Below, piece after piece: positions 9,852 through 18,741 of a stretch of 64,000 bases of DNA. The notes under the pieces are model-generated. The model was not told the origin of the DNA, did not search any database, and saw nothing but the letters and a program-made list of their open reading frames with translations. The DNA is taken from positions 33,599 to 97,598 of the forward strand of contig CAMODX010000001.1 in NCBI GenBank assembly GCA_946611685.1, given 5' to 3'. This stretch comes from an uncultured Treponema sp. (lineage in GTDB: Bacteria > Spirochaetota > Spirochaetia > Treponematales > Treponemataceae). The translations under genes were made by a program, and so were the position numbers. Each line of letters starts with the position of its first letter. Within the stretch, counting starts at the first letter, position 1.

Positions 9852-10055
9852 GAAATCCATGGTTGCGCGAATATGGTATCTGACTCCCTTCGGTCGCACG
9901 CGCAAAATGGATTTCGTACCGAACCCTTCTGGACTACACATTTTTTTGCCCAACAAAAAGATACACAGCCTGTGCACTTGCGCTTTTTTTTAGCCCAAAC
10001 CAGACATTTTTTCTGCCCACTATCTAACGATTTTTTTTAATGATAAAATACACTC

Positions 10056-10952
10056 ATGAACACACGCGCTTTTTATCCTGAGGAAATTATTTTTGCATCT
10101 ACCCAGGCCTGTAACCTTCACTGCCCCCACTGCTTTGTGAGCCGCTCCCCCCTTCAGCTTAAGGTAAAGGACGCAGTTAAGTTTTTAGATTCCTGCAAAA
10201 ATACTTCTATATATAAAATTGGTTTTTCCGGCGGCGAGCCTTTTTTGTATCTTGATTTTCTTCTTAATTTAATAGAAGAAAGCATAAAAAAAGAATTCTG
10301 TTTTGACCAGATAATGACAAACGGTGACTGGTGGAAAACAGAAGAAGAATTAATTGAAGTCTTAAAAAAGATATACGATGCAGGATATGACGGAAAAATC
10401 GGTTTAAGTTATGACTCTTTCCACGGTCAGAGTTTTGAGCGCATAAAAACTTTTGCCTCAGCTGTAAATAAAATCTTCGGAGAAGAAAGCCTTAATGTTC
10501 AGACAGTAATAGATGAATCACTTACAAAAGAAAAATCAGACACCCTTGAAAGGCAGCTGGAAATCCTTGCAGAAGAATACGCTGCAGACATATATATTTT
10601 ACCCCGGACATACCAGGCAGAAGATGAGCGCGGCTGGAAAAGCAGCAGATGGTTTAAGGAAGATTACTGCCAGGGCCCGGGTCAGATTCTTTTTGTTCAC
10701 GCTTCAGGCGACATCGCCCCCTGCTGCGGCTTTGCAAATGAAAACCCTGCCCTCTTTATAGGAAACATAAAAAGAGACGATTTTAATTCAGTAATGAAAA
10801 AGGCAGAAGCAAATCCCATGATAGAAGTCTGCTACAAAAAAGGCCTTCTTTCTCAGGCAAAAAAACTGAAAAAAGCAGGAGAAAAGTTTCCCGGAAGAGG
10901 CTGCACTGACGACATCTGCACCTTCTGCGATTATCTTTGCAAAAAAAAATAA
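10056..10952 (+). CDS. radical SAM protein with a Cys-rich (SPASM/twitch-like) C-terminal region
   Basis: CNLHCPHCF gives the CxxxCxxC cluster motif. GFSGGEPFLY is a SAM-binding GGE motif. The C-terminal region reads HASGDIAPCCGF...CTDDICTFCDYLC. Confidence 0.8.
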   Translation: MNTRAFYPEEIIFASTQACNLHCPHCFVSRSPLQLKVKDAVKFLDSCKNTSIYKIGFSGGEPFLYLDFLLNLIEESIKKEFCFDQIMTNGDWWKTEEELIEVLKKIYDAGYDGKIGLSYDSFHGQSFERIKTFASAVNKIFGEESLNVQTVIDESLTKEKSDTLERQLEILAEEYAADIYILPRTYQAEDERGWKSSRWFKEDYCQGPGQILFVHASGDIAPCCGFANENPALFIGNIKRDDFNSVMKKAEANPMIEVCYKKGLLSQAKKLKKAGEKFPGRGCTDDICTFCDYLCKKK

Positions 10953-10996
10953 ACCCCTAGACTTAAAAAGAGAAAAAATGCTAAACTCTAGCCGAC

Positions 10997-11027
10997 AAAA
11001 TGACATTTATTGAAATAATGTCATTTT
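10997..11027. promoter_or_regulatory. perfect inverted repeat AAAATGACAT-N11-ATGTCATTTT (core TGACATTT-N7-TAATGTCA), candidate operator or terminator
   Basis: Seen directly, 20 nt upstream of the OMP gene ATG and 45 nt after the radical SAM stop. The same 23-bp architecture occurs twice at 34241-34289. Confidence 0.55.
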
Positions 11028-11046
11028 AGTTTTTCTGGAGGAAAAA

Positions 11047-12222
11047 ATGAAAAAAATTATTGCAGGTGCAATTCTCTCGGCTCTTGCAGCATGTGCTGTT
11101 TTCGCCGGAGGAATTGACGCAAAAACAAACCTTAATGCAGGCTACATCAGAAACCCGAGCCGCAACACAGAATCAGAACGCCCTGAAGCTGCCCTTTACA
11201 ACATTGCAGGAACAGCATTCATGGCAGACGGTCTTTACCTGGAAGCAGGTGACCAGTTTATTTTTAAAACATATTCACATGAAGATGCTGTAACAGAATA
11301 CAAGGACGAAAAACCTGTATTCCTCTTCCCTAACGCAGAAATCGTTTACAAACACGGAAAATTTGGCTTCTTCGGAACCTTCCAGGTTGCAGCCGGTGGC
11401 GGTTCCCTGGAATATAAGGATGGAAGTGCTGCGCTTCCTGGAGCAAAACCAATTGATGTATATTCTGTAACATTCGGACAGAATCTTGGTGTTTCTTATG
11501 CAATTAACGACAAGGTTTCTCTTTCCGGTGCAGTACGCCTTCTTGAAGCAAACCAGACTATGGAAACAACTCATGCATCACTTGGAAAAATTGGCTATGA
11601 AGCATCTGGCTTTGGTGTCGGCGGAATCTTCGGCGTAAACTGGAGACCGGTAGAAAACCTGGACCTTGCATTCCAGTACAAGTCAGTTACAAAAATGGAA
11701 TGTGAAATTGATTCTAACAAAGGTTCTGCAGCTGCTCTTTCAACATTAAAATTTATGGGAATTGACCTTGCAAAAGGCAAAAAATACGATGCAGATCTTT
11801 CACCGGAATTCAACTTTGGTGCAGGTTACAAAATCGATAATCTCTATTTAAGCTCTTCCTTCAACTACTACTTTAACGGTCAGGCTGACATGGGAAGCGC
11901 CCTTTCTGATAAAAACTCTGACTACGATGACTCATGGGAAATCTACGGTGGAGCTGACTATAAGATTAACGAAAAATTCCTCGTTTCTGGCGGTATCGGT
12001 TACTCAAAGCAGGGCTATAACGATAAATACAACAATTATTTCTCCCCTGTTCTTGACTGCGTAAGCTTTGGTCTTGGCGGAGAAATTACTCCTGTTAAAG
12101 CACTTACTGTAGCTTTCGGCGGAATGTACGCTAAATACCTTGAAGAAGAATACAAAAGCAATAAACTCAACAAGTCAATCATCATGCTTGGCTTAAGCGC
12201 AACTTATAAATTTGGACTGTAA
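11047..12222 (+). CDS. outer-membrane beta-barrel protein, FadL/OmpP1/TodX-like
   Basis: Signal peptide MKKIIAGAILSALAACAVFAGG with GGAGG 5 nt upstream. ALYNIAGTAFMADG resembles the FadL N-terminal NPAG motif. The ORF has an alternating beta-strand pattern throughout and ends ...SATYKFGL. Confidence 0.55.
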   Translation: MKKIIAGAILSALAACAVFAGGIDAKTNLNAGYIRNPSRNTESERPEAALYNIAGTAFMADGLYLEAGDQFIFKTYSHEDAVTEYKDEKPVFLFPNAEIVYKHGKFGFFGTFQVAAGGGSLEYKDGSAALPGAKPIDVYSVTFGQNLGVSYAINDKVSLSGAVRLLEANQTMETTHASLGKIGYEASGFGVGGIFGVNWRPVENLDLAFQYKSVTKMECEIDSNKGSAAALSTLKFMGIDLAKGKKYDADLSPEFNFGAGYKIDNLYLSSSFNYYFNGQADMGSALSDKNSDYDDSWEIYGGADYKINEKFLVSGGIGYSKQGYNDKYNNYFSPVLDCVSFGLGGEITPVKALTVAFGGMYAKYLEEEYKSNKLNKSIIMLGLSATYKFGL

Positions 12223-12305
12223 AAAAGTAAAGGAGAGAGACTTGAGGCTTTTTAGAGCACCGCTTTTTAAGGCTTCATTTTAAGCTTTTTACAGGTACAA
12301 ATATG

Positions 12306-12354
12306 CCCCCGGAGAATATACCTTTAAAAGTATATTTTCCGGGGGATTTTTTTT
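12306..12354 (+). terminator. rho-independent terminator of the OMP gene
   Basis: CCCCCGGAGAATATAC ... GTATATTTTCCGGGGG forms a 16-bp stem with one G-U pair, followed by T8. Confidence 0.85.
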
Positions 12355-12378
12355 GCAATAATAAGTGAAAAAAGCATT

Positions 12379-12657
12379 TTAACAGTAAAACTTTAATTCG
12401 CCGAAAGTTTCTTTCCAGAGTGAAAAAATCTCTAAATATTGAGTTTCAATAAGGCGCACAATGTTATTAAGTGTTTTCGATGGGATTTTTGACATATTGT
12501 TGGCTACAGAGCATTTTCCTGCACTTGATATCCATATTTTTGTAGAATTTTTTGAAGGAATGCCCTGCGAAACATGTACATGGACCGGCTCAAGTGGTTC
12601 TCCTTCATTCAGCCAGAAATATACCTTATATGAACCAAACTTAAAAACCTGAGGCAC
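12379..12657 (-). CDS. DUF4160-family small protein
   Basis: 92 aa. MPQVFKFGSYKVYFWLNEGEPLEPVHVHVSQG matches the DUF4160 signature (MPxIxxF.G..i.iY..eH.PpHfHv). Confidence 0.7.
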   Translation of the reverse strand: MPQVFKFGSYKVYFWLNEGEPLEPVHVHVSQGIPSKNSTKIWISSAGKCSVANNMSKIPSKTLNNIVRLIETQYLEIFSLWKETFGELKFYC

Positions 12658-12913
12658 TGTCGAAACCTCCAGTCTGTGAAAATTCGAGAATCAAATGTGC
12701 CATTGATTTTACAAGATTTTTCAAGTATTCTAGTTCTTTCTCAGAATATCCTTTTATGTTTTCCCATTTATAATCAGGAAGCCAGCATTCAGCACTTTTA
12801 AAACCAATTTTTTCATCAGGAGTTTCTATACAAACTTTAACTTTACCATCCGGTAACATTTCAGAATGAACAATTTCTGTATTATCATTTAAAGTCATTA
12901 ACGGATATAACAT
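12641..12913 (-). CDS. small hypothetical protein, upstream partner of the DUF4160 gene
   Basis: 90-aa ORF that overlaps the DUF4160 ORF by 17 nt. No family recognised. It does not look like DUF2442, the usual DUF4160 partner. Confidence 0.5.
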   Translation of the reverse strand: MLYPLMTLNDNTEIVHSEMLPDGKVKVCIETPDEKIGFKSAECWLPDYKWENIKGYSEKELEYLKNLVKSMAHLILEFSQTGGFDSASGF

Positions 12914-12960
12914 ATGAAACCTCCTGCTATTATTTTAACACAATAAAGAATTTTTGTCGC

Positions 12961-12996
12961 AAAAAAAATCCCCTGCCCGCGTTGTGTGGACAGGGG
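12961..12996 (-). terminator. rho-independent terminator of the Big_2 lipoprotein / pectate lyase operon
   Basis: The minus strand reads CCCCTGTCC-acacaacgc-GGGCAGGGG followed by T8. A second hairpin, TTGCGTG-cgtga-CACGCAA, lies at 13021-13039. Confidence 0.7.
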
Positions 12997-13047
12997 AAAA
13001 TTGTCTTTAGCAGACTGTCAATTGCGTGCGTGACACGCAACCTTTGA

Positions 13048-16000
13048 TTAATCGGTTAAACTGATATAATAAAGGTATATTGAATCACCTTTTGTAATCG
13101 TATGAGTTCCAGCAGCAAGAGTCATTTCAACAATACCGCTTGAATCTGTAGTATATGCAGTTCCGTTAATTTTAACCTTTTTACCAGTCTGTGTAGAAAG
13201 GAATACCAGTTTTAAAGTCTTTTCATCAGTTGTAGTAAAGCTAATCGATGTAGAAGATTCCATCTTAAGACATGTAGAATAAGTTACACCGTCTACAGTT
13301 ACCTCACCCTTGTCAGTAGCATAGTTTCCGCTGACTGTAAATACGTTAGATGAAGGAGTTTTTCCTGTAAATACACACACAACTGCATCATTACTGTTAC
13401 TTACAGTAACCTTAACAGCCTCGGAAGTTACTTCAACTCCGCTAGTACCGCCTGTTACCACACACTTAAAGTATGCTGCTCCTTCAGTCTCAGAAGAATA
13501 AGCATAAGTTGAAGCAGTTGCACCGCCAATTGCTGTATAATCACCATCTTCTGTTGCAGAAGTGTACCACTGATATGTAACTGTTTCATCAAGGGATTCT
13601 GGATTTACGCTTAACTCTGCTGTCAATGTTGCAGTTTCATTTGTTCCTACTTTTTTAGCAGAAGAAGTTACTGTTACTGTATCGCTGCTTTCAAGAAGTG
13701 CTGCGCCTGCGTCAATTGCAAGTGTAATTGTGGCACTAACCTCTCCAGCTGTTACAGTTATTGTTCCTGAGTATTCTCCTGAAATATCGTTATCAAGTGT
13801 AATTTCACCTGTTGCAGAATCGATATGAACTTTTCCTGCAACACCAGAAGCAAGTCCATCGGCATCTGCAAGTGAGTATGAAACTGTTGCAGCTGCTGCT
13901 GAAGGAGCATAAGTTCCTGTAATTGTAAGCGGGAAGGCAGTTTTCTTAAGAGAAAGAGAACCAGCAGTGGTATTTGTAGCAATTTCTGAGCCTTCTGAAT
14001 CTGTTACAGTTACTGATTTTACTTCAAGTGAAATAACCGGTTCAGCAAGGGCTGCACCTGTTGTGTAAAGGCGGATTTCAGCAATATAAACTGCATCCCC
14101 TTCTCCCATATCAAGGGCAACAATTGAATAAGAAGAATCTCCCATATATTCATAAGAAATAGTGTGCTTTGTTGCAGAACTCTGAGTTGTGTCAACTACA
14201 GTAGTAAATGCACCTGAATCAACTGTAAGTTTTGTAGTTTCGCCGTCTGCGGAAGCTGTTTCTTCTTCAAGAGTCTTAATGTAAATCTTACGTGAAGTAT
14301 TTGCGGCTTTATCAGCAGTAGCAAAAATATCAGCTTCAATCCTGTACTTACCTGCAACTTCAGCAGCAAGCATAACAGGAGACTGTCCTGTTACAGCACC
14401 GTCACCAGTAGAAGCCGTACGGTTAAGGAAGAATGCAGATTTATCTGTTCTGTGATTTACGTTTGCACCTTTCTGGAGCCAGAAATGTTTGCACAGATAT
14501 GCTTCAAAGTCTGTTTCTGTTCCGTCAATTGTCGCTTTAGCGGCTGAACTTCCGCCTGTAATAACCTTGCTGTAAGGATATGCTGCAGACCATAGTTCAG
14601 ATGAACCGTAATCAAGTTTTACTTTATTTTCGTATGTTTCAATTACCTTAACATTGAATGCAGCAGTCTTTGTTGTATCTGCTGTTGAAGTTACTGTTAC
14701 TGCAACTGCGTTACCGGCTGTATTTAAGGTTGTTGTATCAACTGTGTATGCAGTTGTTTCTACAGAAGTTCCGTCTGAATAAAGTTCGTTAACTGTCATT
14801 CCGGCAGTATTAAGGTTAGTACCTTTAAGATATTCAGTTTTTGCAGGGGCTGCTGTTACTTCAATTCCTTTTAGCCATACCGGAATCATAATTTCTTTTT
14901 CTGCAGAAACTGTTCCGCTTGTATCGTTTGCCCTTGCCTTAACCTTTACGGTTCCGCTTGCAAGTGCGCTTTCTGCAGAAAGAAGACCTGTTGCACTGTC
15001 AATTGTTACGCCGGTCTCCCCTGCCTCTACTGACCAAACTACTTTCTGTGTCATTGCATTTACTGTTGCATTTTCAGGAAGAACAGAGGCTGTAAACTGA
15101 AGTGCAGAGCCCTGCTCAAGAGTAGAAGAAAGAGCAGAGATTGAAAGGCTTTCTGCAAGTACTGCATCAAAAGTAATATCCAGAGGTGAAGAAGTTGAAA
15201 CTCCGCCATAGGTAAAGGTTATGCTGGTACCAATCTTATGTTCCTGTGTCCATGTAACAAACCATGAAGCATCAACCATTGACCAGTCAAAATCATAGCC
15301 GTTTACAGTCATTGTAACGCCGTTGGTTAAAGCAGAGATGGTTTCATCAAGTTCACTTGCCGAATAAGCGATATCAAGACTGACATCCAGCGGCTCAAGG
15401 ACATTCGAATAAAGATATTCAGTTTTAGATTTTTCTGAATTAACGGTTACTGAAGTAACGCTGGCAGAAAGGATGTCTACATCAAAGGTTACTGTTTTAA
15501 CTGCTCCGTCCACAAATTCAACAGCGTCTCCGGCTGTATCGACAGGATTGTAGGTAACAGTTACTGTCTGACCAGAAGCAGCGGCAGAAGAATCAAAACC
15601 GCTTACAGCAAACTGAGAAGAATTTTCTGAAGTAAATTCAAGTTCAGCCGGATAATCAGCTGCAAAAACAGAACCAACCGGAACATCATATTCAACAGCA
15701 ATTTTCAGGCCGCTTAAGTTTACAAAAGTTCCTGTTGCATACTTTTCTTTTGCAGGAGCACTTACAAGAGAAATTCCCGTGATTTTAGGGATTTCCTGCA
15801 TTACAAGGTAATTAACTTCATTTGACTTAGTTCCATCAGAAATCTCTGCCCAAACCTGAACTTTTGCATCAGAAACATCTTCAGCAGTTACAAGACCTGT
15901 TTCACTTACACTGACGATTGATTCATCAGATGTATGCCAGGTAACAGCCTCATCTTCAGGAAGAACCAGAGCGGCAAGCTGTTCTGTATTTCCATATTTA

Positions 16001-16158
16001 ATTTTATCAGATTTATGTCCCGTTACGGTAATCGTTTTTGAACTTTTATACGAAGGCTTTACGATCACAGTTTCTTCGTCGCCCGAGCAGGAAGAAAAAC
16101 CTGCACCAAGAAGGGCAAGAGAAGCCAGAACCGAAAATATTTTTGTCAGTTTTTTCAT
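13048..16158 (-). CDS. giant surface lipoprotein with multiple bacterial Ig-like (Big_2) domains and putative carbohydrate-binding modules
   Basis: 1036 aa with lipobox LLGAGFSSCSG. Big_2-type segments repeat (VTWHTSDESIVSVSETGLVTA, VVWSVEAGETGVTIDSATGLLSA, and others). It sits 10 nt downstream of the pectate lyase gene. Confidence 0.7.
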   Translation of the reverse strand: MKKLTKIFSVLASLALLGAGFSSCSGDEETVIVKPSYKSSKTITVTGHKSDKIKYGNTEQLAALVLPEDEAVTWHTSDESIVSVSETGLVTAEDVSDAKVQVWAEISDGTKSNEVNYLVMQEIPKITGISLVSAPAKEKYATGTFVNLSGLKIAVEYDVPVGSVFAADYPAELEFTSENSSQFAVSGFDSSAAASGQTVTVTYNPVDTAGDAVEFVDGAVKTVTFDVDILSASVTSVTVNSEKSKTEYLYSNVLEPLDVSLDIAYSASELDETISALTNGVTMTVNGYDFDWSMVDASWFVTWTQEHKIGTSITFTYGGVSTSSPLDITFDAVLAESLSISALSSTLEQGSALQFTASVLPENATVNAMTQKVVWSVEAGETGVTIDSATGLLSAESALASGTVKVKARANDTSGTVSAEKEIMIPVWLKGIEVTAAPAKTEYLKGTNLNTAGMTVNELYSDGTSVETTAYTVDTTTLNTAGNAVAVTVTSTADTTKTAAFNVKVIETYENKVKLDYGSSELWSAAYPYSKVITGGSSAAKATIDGTETDFEAYLCKHFWLQKGANVNHRTDKSAFFLNRTASTGDGAVTGQSPVMLAAEVAGKYRIEADIFATADKAANTSRKIYIKTLEEETASADGETTKLTVDSGAFTTVVDTTQSSATKHTISYEYMGDSSYSIVALDMGEGDAVYIAEIRLYTTGAALAEPVISLEVKSVTVTDSEGSEIATNTTAGSLSLKKTAFPLTITGTYAPSAAAATVSYSLADADGLASGVAGKVHIDSATGEITLDNDISGEYSGTITVTAGEVSATITLAIDAGAALLESSDTVTVTSSAKKVGTNETATLTAELSVNPESLDETVTYQWYTSATEDGDYTAIGGATASTYAYSSETEGAAYFKCVVTGGTSGVEVTSEAVKVTVSNSNDAVVCVFTGKTPSSNVFTVSGNYATDKGEVTVDGVTYSTCLKMESSTSISFTTTDEKTLKLVFLSTQTGKKVKINGTAYTTDSSGIVEMTLAAGTHTITKGDSIYLYYISLTD

Positions 16159-16168
16159 TTTTTACTCC

Positions 16169-18418
16169 TTATAACCCTGGTGTCTGGTAAACAGCCTTTT
16201 CACTGATTCCATAAACACTTACAAGAGTTGAAGTGTAGCCGACAACAGCAGCCTTAAGGGCAGTATCAACAGCATAATCTGTATCTTTAGAAGCATTTGT
16301 AGAATCAGTTGACTGATGACCGTAACCGGCAAATTCAAAGTCGCCGTTTTCAACGCGTCCTGCATAAGTCATGACAGTAGTCTTTGCCTCATCCGGTGTC
16401 TGTACGCTGTAGCCGTAGAAGTCTGAGGCAGTATCGAAGTTAGAATATGTATCTCCGCCTGAGAATGCTTTTACGCTAGAAGGAACCTGTTCATTCCTTG
16501 AAGAAGCTTCCCATGCATCAAAGTGAACAGAAGTATCAACACCTGCCGGAAGGCTTCCTGTAACTCCCTTTGTAATGAGCGGAGTCTGCTTTGAGTTTTT
16601 ATGAGGCCAGTAAGAAGAAACATTAAGAGTATCAACAATCTTATTATTGTATGACTTGATTGAAGCACCAGACTCACCTGAGAATGTTCCGTAGTTTCCA
16701 GGATCATATTTTGAGCTTCCTGCATAAACATCATTTCCCTGGAGTGAAGACATCATAGGGAATTTAACGTTACGGAAATAGTTGGCTTCAACAAAGGCAT
16801 CAGCACCAGTTGTAGCACCTGTACCGTATTTTGAGTTTCCGTCATAGTAGTTGTTGTAGATATGAACAGTCATTGTACGGATACGAGGATGACGCGAATC
16901 AGAATGATCAAACCAGTTATGATGATATGTAATGTAGTTAGGACCTGATTCAGATTTCATACCACAGAGGGACATTTTTCCTGAATCCCAGAAGTGATTA
17001 TAAGAATATGTCTGATACATTGAATCGCCCTTAACGTCAAGGGAACCGTCACCCTTAGCCTGGTCAGAATCGCCGCCGGTTGAACCGTAGAAGATATCAC
17101 AGTTATGAACCCATGTATACAAATTGCCGGTATCAAGTGAAATACCGTCATCAGCAAAGCACATGAAGCCGAGGTTGCGGAGTTCAACATAATGTGAGTC
17201 ACGGCAAAGGATTCCAAAGCCCCAGAATGTGGCATCATCACCTACACCCTCGATAGTAAACATTGTATCAACTTTACCTGTTCCCTTAATCTGTAAACCT
17301 TCTGCAGAAGAGCCCCATGAAGATTTAGGGAAACCAGTTGTATCAATTCTACCGATTACACGGATACATACAGGTACATTATTGTTATAAGAAGCATATT
17401 TACAGTAGCCGGAATTATTAACAATTGCCTGAACACCAGTCAAAGTGATTTTTTCACCCTTTGCATTCTTATTGATTTCAAGTGCAACAGTATTAAAATT
17501 ATCATTATCAACATAAATAACGATTGCACCGTCTTTAAGGGTTCCGTCTGCCTTATAAGCGCCTGGAAGAACATCAGCTGTAAATGCATAACCGCACCTG
17601 TCATGACTTGCAACGGAAGCAGAAGCAGTTGCAGGAGTTCCGCCGTTTGCAGCAACCTTAAAGTCATAAGAGCCCTGGGCAAGACCAGGAATATCACATC
17701 GAATCACACTGCCATAATTTCTGATAAGAGGAGCATCAACTGAAGTCCATTCTGCAGCATCAGATTTTTTATACTGAACAGTATAAGAAGCATTAGAAAC
17801 AGGGTTCCATTCAAGATAAGCACTTTCAAGCCAGCCTACAACCCGTGTAATGGTTACTGAAGCACTGCTGCCGATTGTTCCTTCACCGGCAGAACCTGTC
17901 ATACCGCTTCCTTCCCTGCCGTTGCCGCCGCCAGAAGAATTACCGCCGCCGTTTCCGCCGTTACCGTTATCATCTGTATTTTCAGAATCTTCCGGATTTG
18001 TTTCCACAGCTTCTTCTTCGTCTACAGGAACAGTTTCGCCTTCAGAATAGGCCTTAAGTTCTATTTCACCGCTTTTTACGTTTCCTACTTTAACGCTTAC
18101 ATTGGAATAGCGGGAAGCAGAAGCATCTTCATCATCATTTAAGCTCAGAGCAACAGCCTTAAGTCCGCTGTTTGAAATGGTAAATACGCTTTCGTCGGAT
18201 GAAGTCCATTCAATCGAGTCATAATAAGCATCAGCAGGAGTTACTTCTGCAATAAGCGTAATTGATTCTCCGATGTTTACTGATTGTTTTTCAGCCTTAA
18301 TTACTACAGTTTCTACGCTTTTTTTGACGTATTTTGTAGTGTCAGCTGAACAGCCTGCAGAAACAAAAACTAATGCACCTGCAAAAAATGCTGTCATTAT
18401 TTTGAACATGTTTTTCAC
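16169..18418 (-). CDS. pectate lyase (PL1-like) lipoprotein with an N-terminal Big_2 domain and a Gly/Asn-rich linker
   Basis: Lipobox VFVSAGCSAD, Big_2 segment IEWTSSDESVFTISNSGL, and linker NGNGGNGGGNSSGGGNG. The catalytic-region motif HHNWFDHSDSRHPRIRTMTVHIYNNYY matches the PL1 vWiDH...R.P..R...hvyNNyy signature. Confidence 0.8.
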   Translation of the reverse strand: MKNMFKIMTAFFAGALVFVSAGCSADTTKYVKKSVETVVIKAEKQSVNIGESITLIAEVTPADAYYDSIEWTSSDESVFTISNSGLKAVALSLNDDEDASASRYSNVSVKVGNVKSGEIELKAYSEGETVPVDEEEAVETNPEDSENTDDNGNGGNGGGNSSGGGNGREGSGMTGSAGEGTIGSSASVTITRVVGWLESAYLEWNPVSNASYTVQYKKSDAAEWTSVDAPLIRNYGSVIRCDIPGLAQGSYDFKVAANGGTPATASASVASHDRCGYAFTADVLPGAYKADGTLKDGAIVIYVDNDNFNTVALEINKNAKGEKITLTGVQAIVNNSGYCKYASYNNNVPVCIRVIGRIDTTGFPKSSWGSSAEGLQIKGTGKVDTMFTIEGVGDDATFWGFGILCRDSHYVELRNLGFMCFADDGISLDTGNLYTWVHNCDIFYGSTGGDSDQAKGDGSLDVKGDSMYQTYSYNHFWDSGKMSLCGMKSESGPNYITYHHNWFDHSDSRHPRIRTMTVHIYNNYYDGNSKYGTGATTGADAFVEANYFRNVKFPMMSSLQGNDVYAGSSKYDPGNYGTFSGESGASIKSYNNKIVDTLNVSSYWPHKNSKQTPLITKGVTGSLPAGVDTSVHFDAWEASSRNEQVPSSVKAFSGGDTYSNFDTASDFYGYSVQTPDEAKTTVMTYAGRVENGDFEFAGYGHQSTDSTNASKDTDYAVDTALKAAVVGYTSTLVSVYGISEKAVYQTPGL

Positions 18419-18668
18419 AATTTCCCCCTTTTACAAAAACTGCGAATATATTTATAAATTATTGACCTGAAAATAAAGCAGCATAAAAAATGGTTATATT
18501 TTATATTTCCAGATTAACAAATGACAGTATAACGACAGTGCATAGTTATTTTGTTGTTACAATTTGTACAATACCGATATTTTTAAGGTAATTTTTTTTA
18601 AATTCTTATAAAATATTCTGATGATAATAAGAAAACTTGTATGATTTTGTATAAAAACGACATTCGGT

Positions 18669-18697
18669 AAAAAAAAGGACGGCTTTTTCTGCCGCCC
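18669..18697 (-). terminator. rho-independent terminator of the 7TM cyclase gene
   Basis: The minus strand reads GGCGGC-agaaaaa-GCCGTC (one G-U pair) followed by a C and then T8. Confidence 0.6.
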
Positions 18698-18741
18698 TGT
18701 CTTATTCAAAATAAATATTCCGTCATCGTAAAAAGTATTTT

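Noticed and set aside
9825-10040. 71-aa ORF in the pgk / radical SAM spacer
   Set aside because: It has no Shine-Dalgarno and covers the hairpin and repeat elements. The sequence is Arg/His/Phe-rich and unlike a real protein. I treat it as non-coding.
12641-12913. Calling the 90-aa partner of DUF4160 a DUF2442 protein
   Set aside because: The sequence does not show the DUF2442 pattern I know, and the gene order is reversed relative to the common DUF4160-DUF2442 arrangement. It is left as hypothetical.
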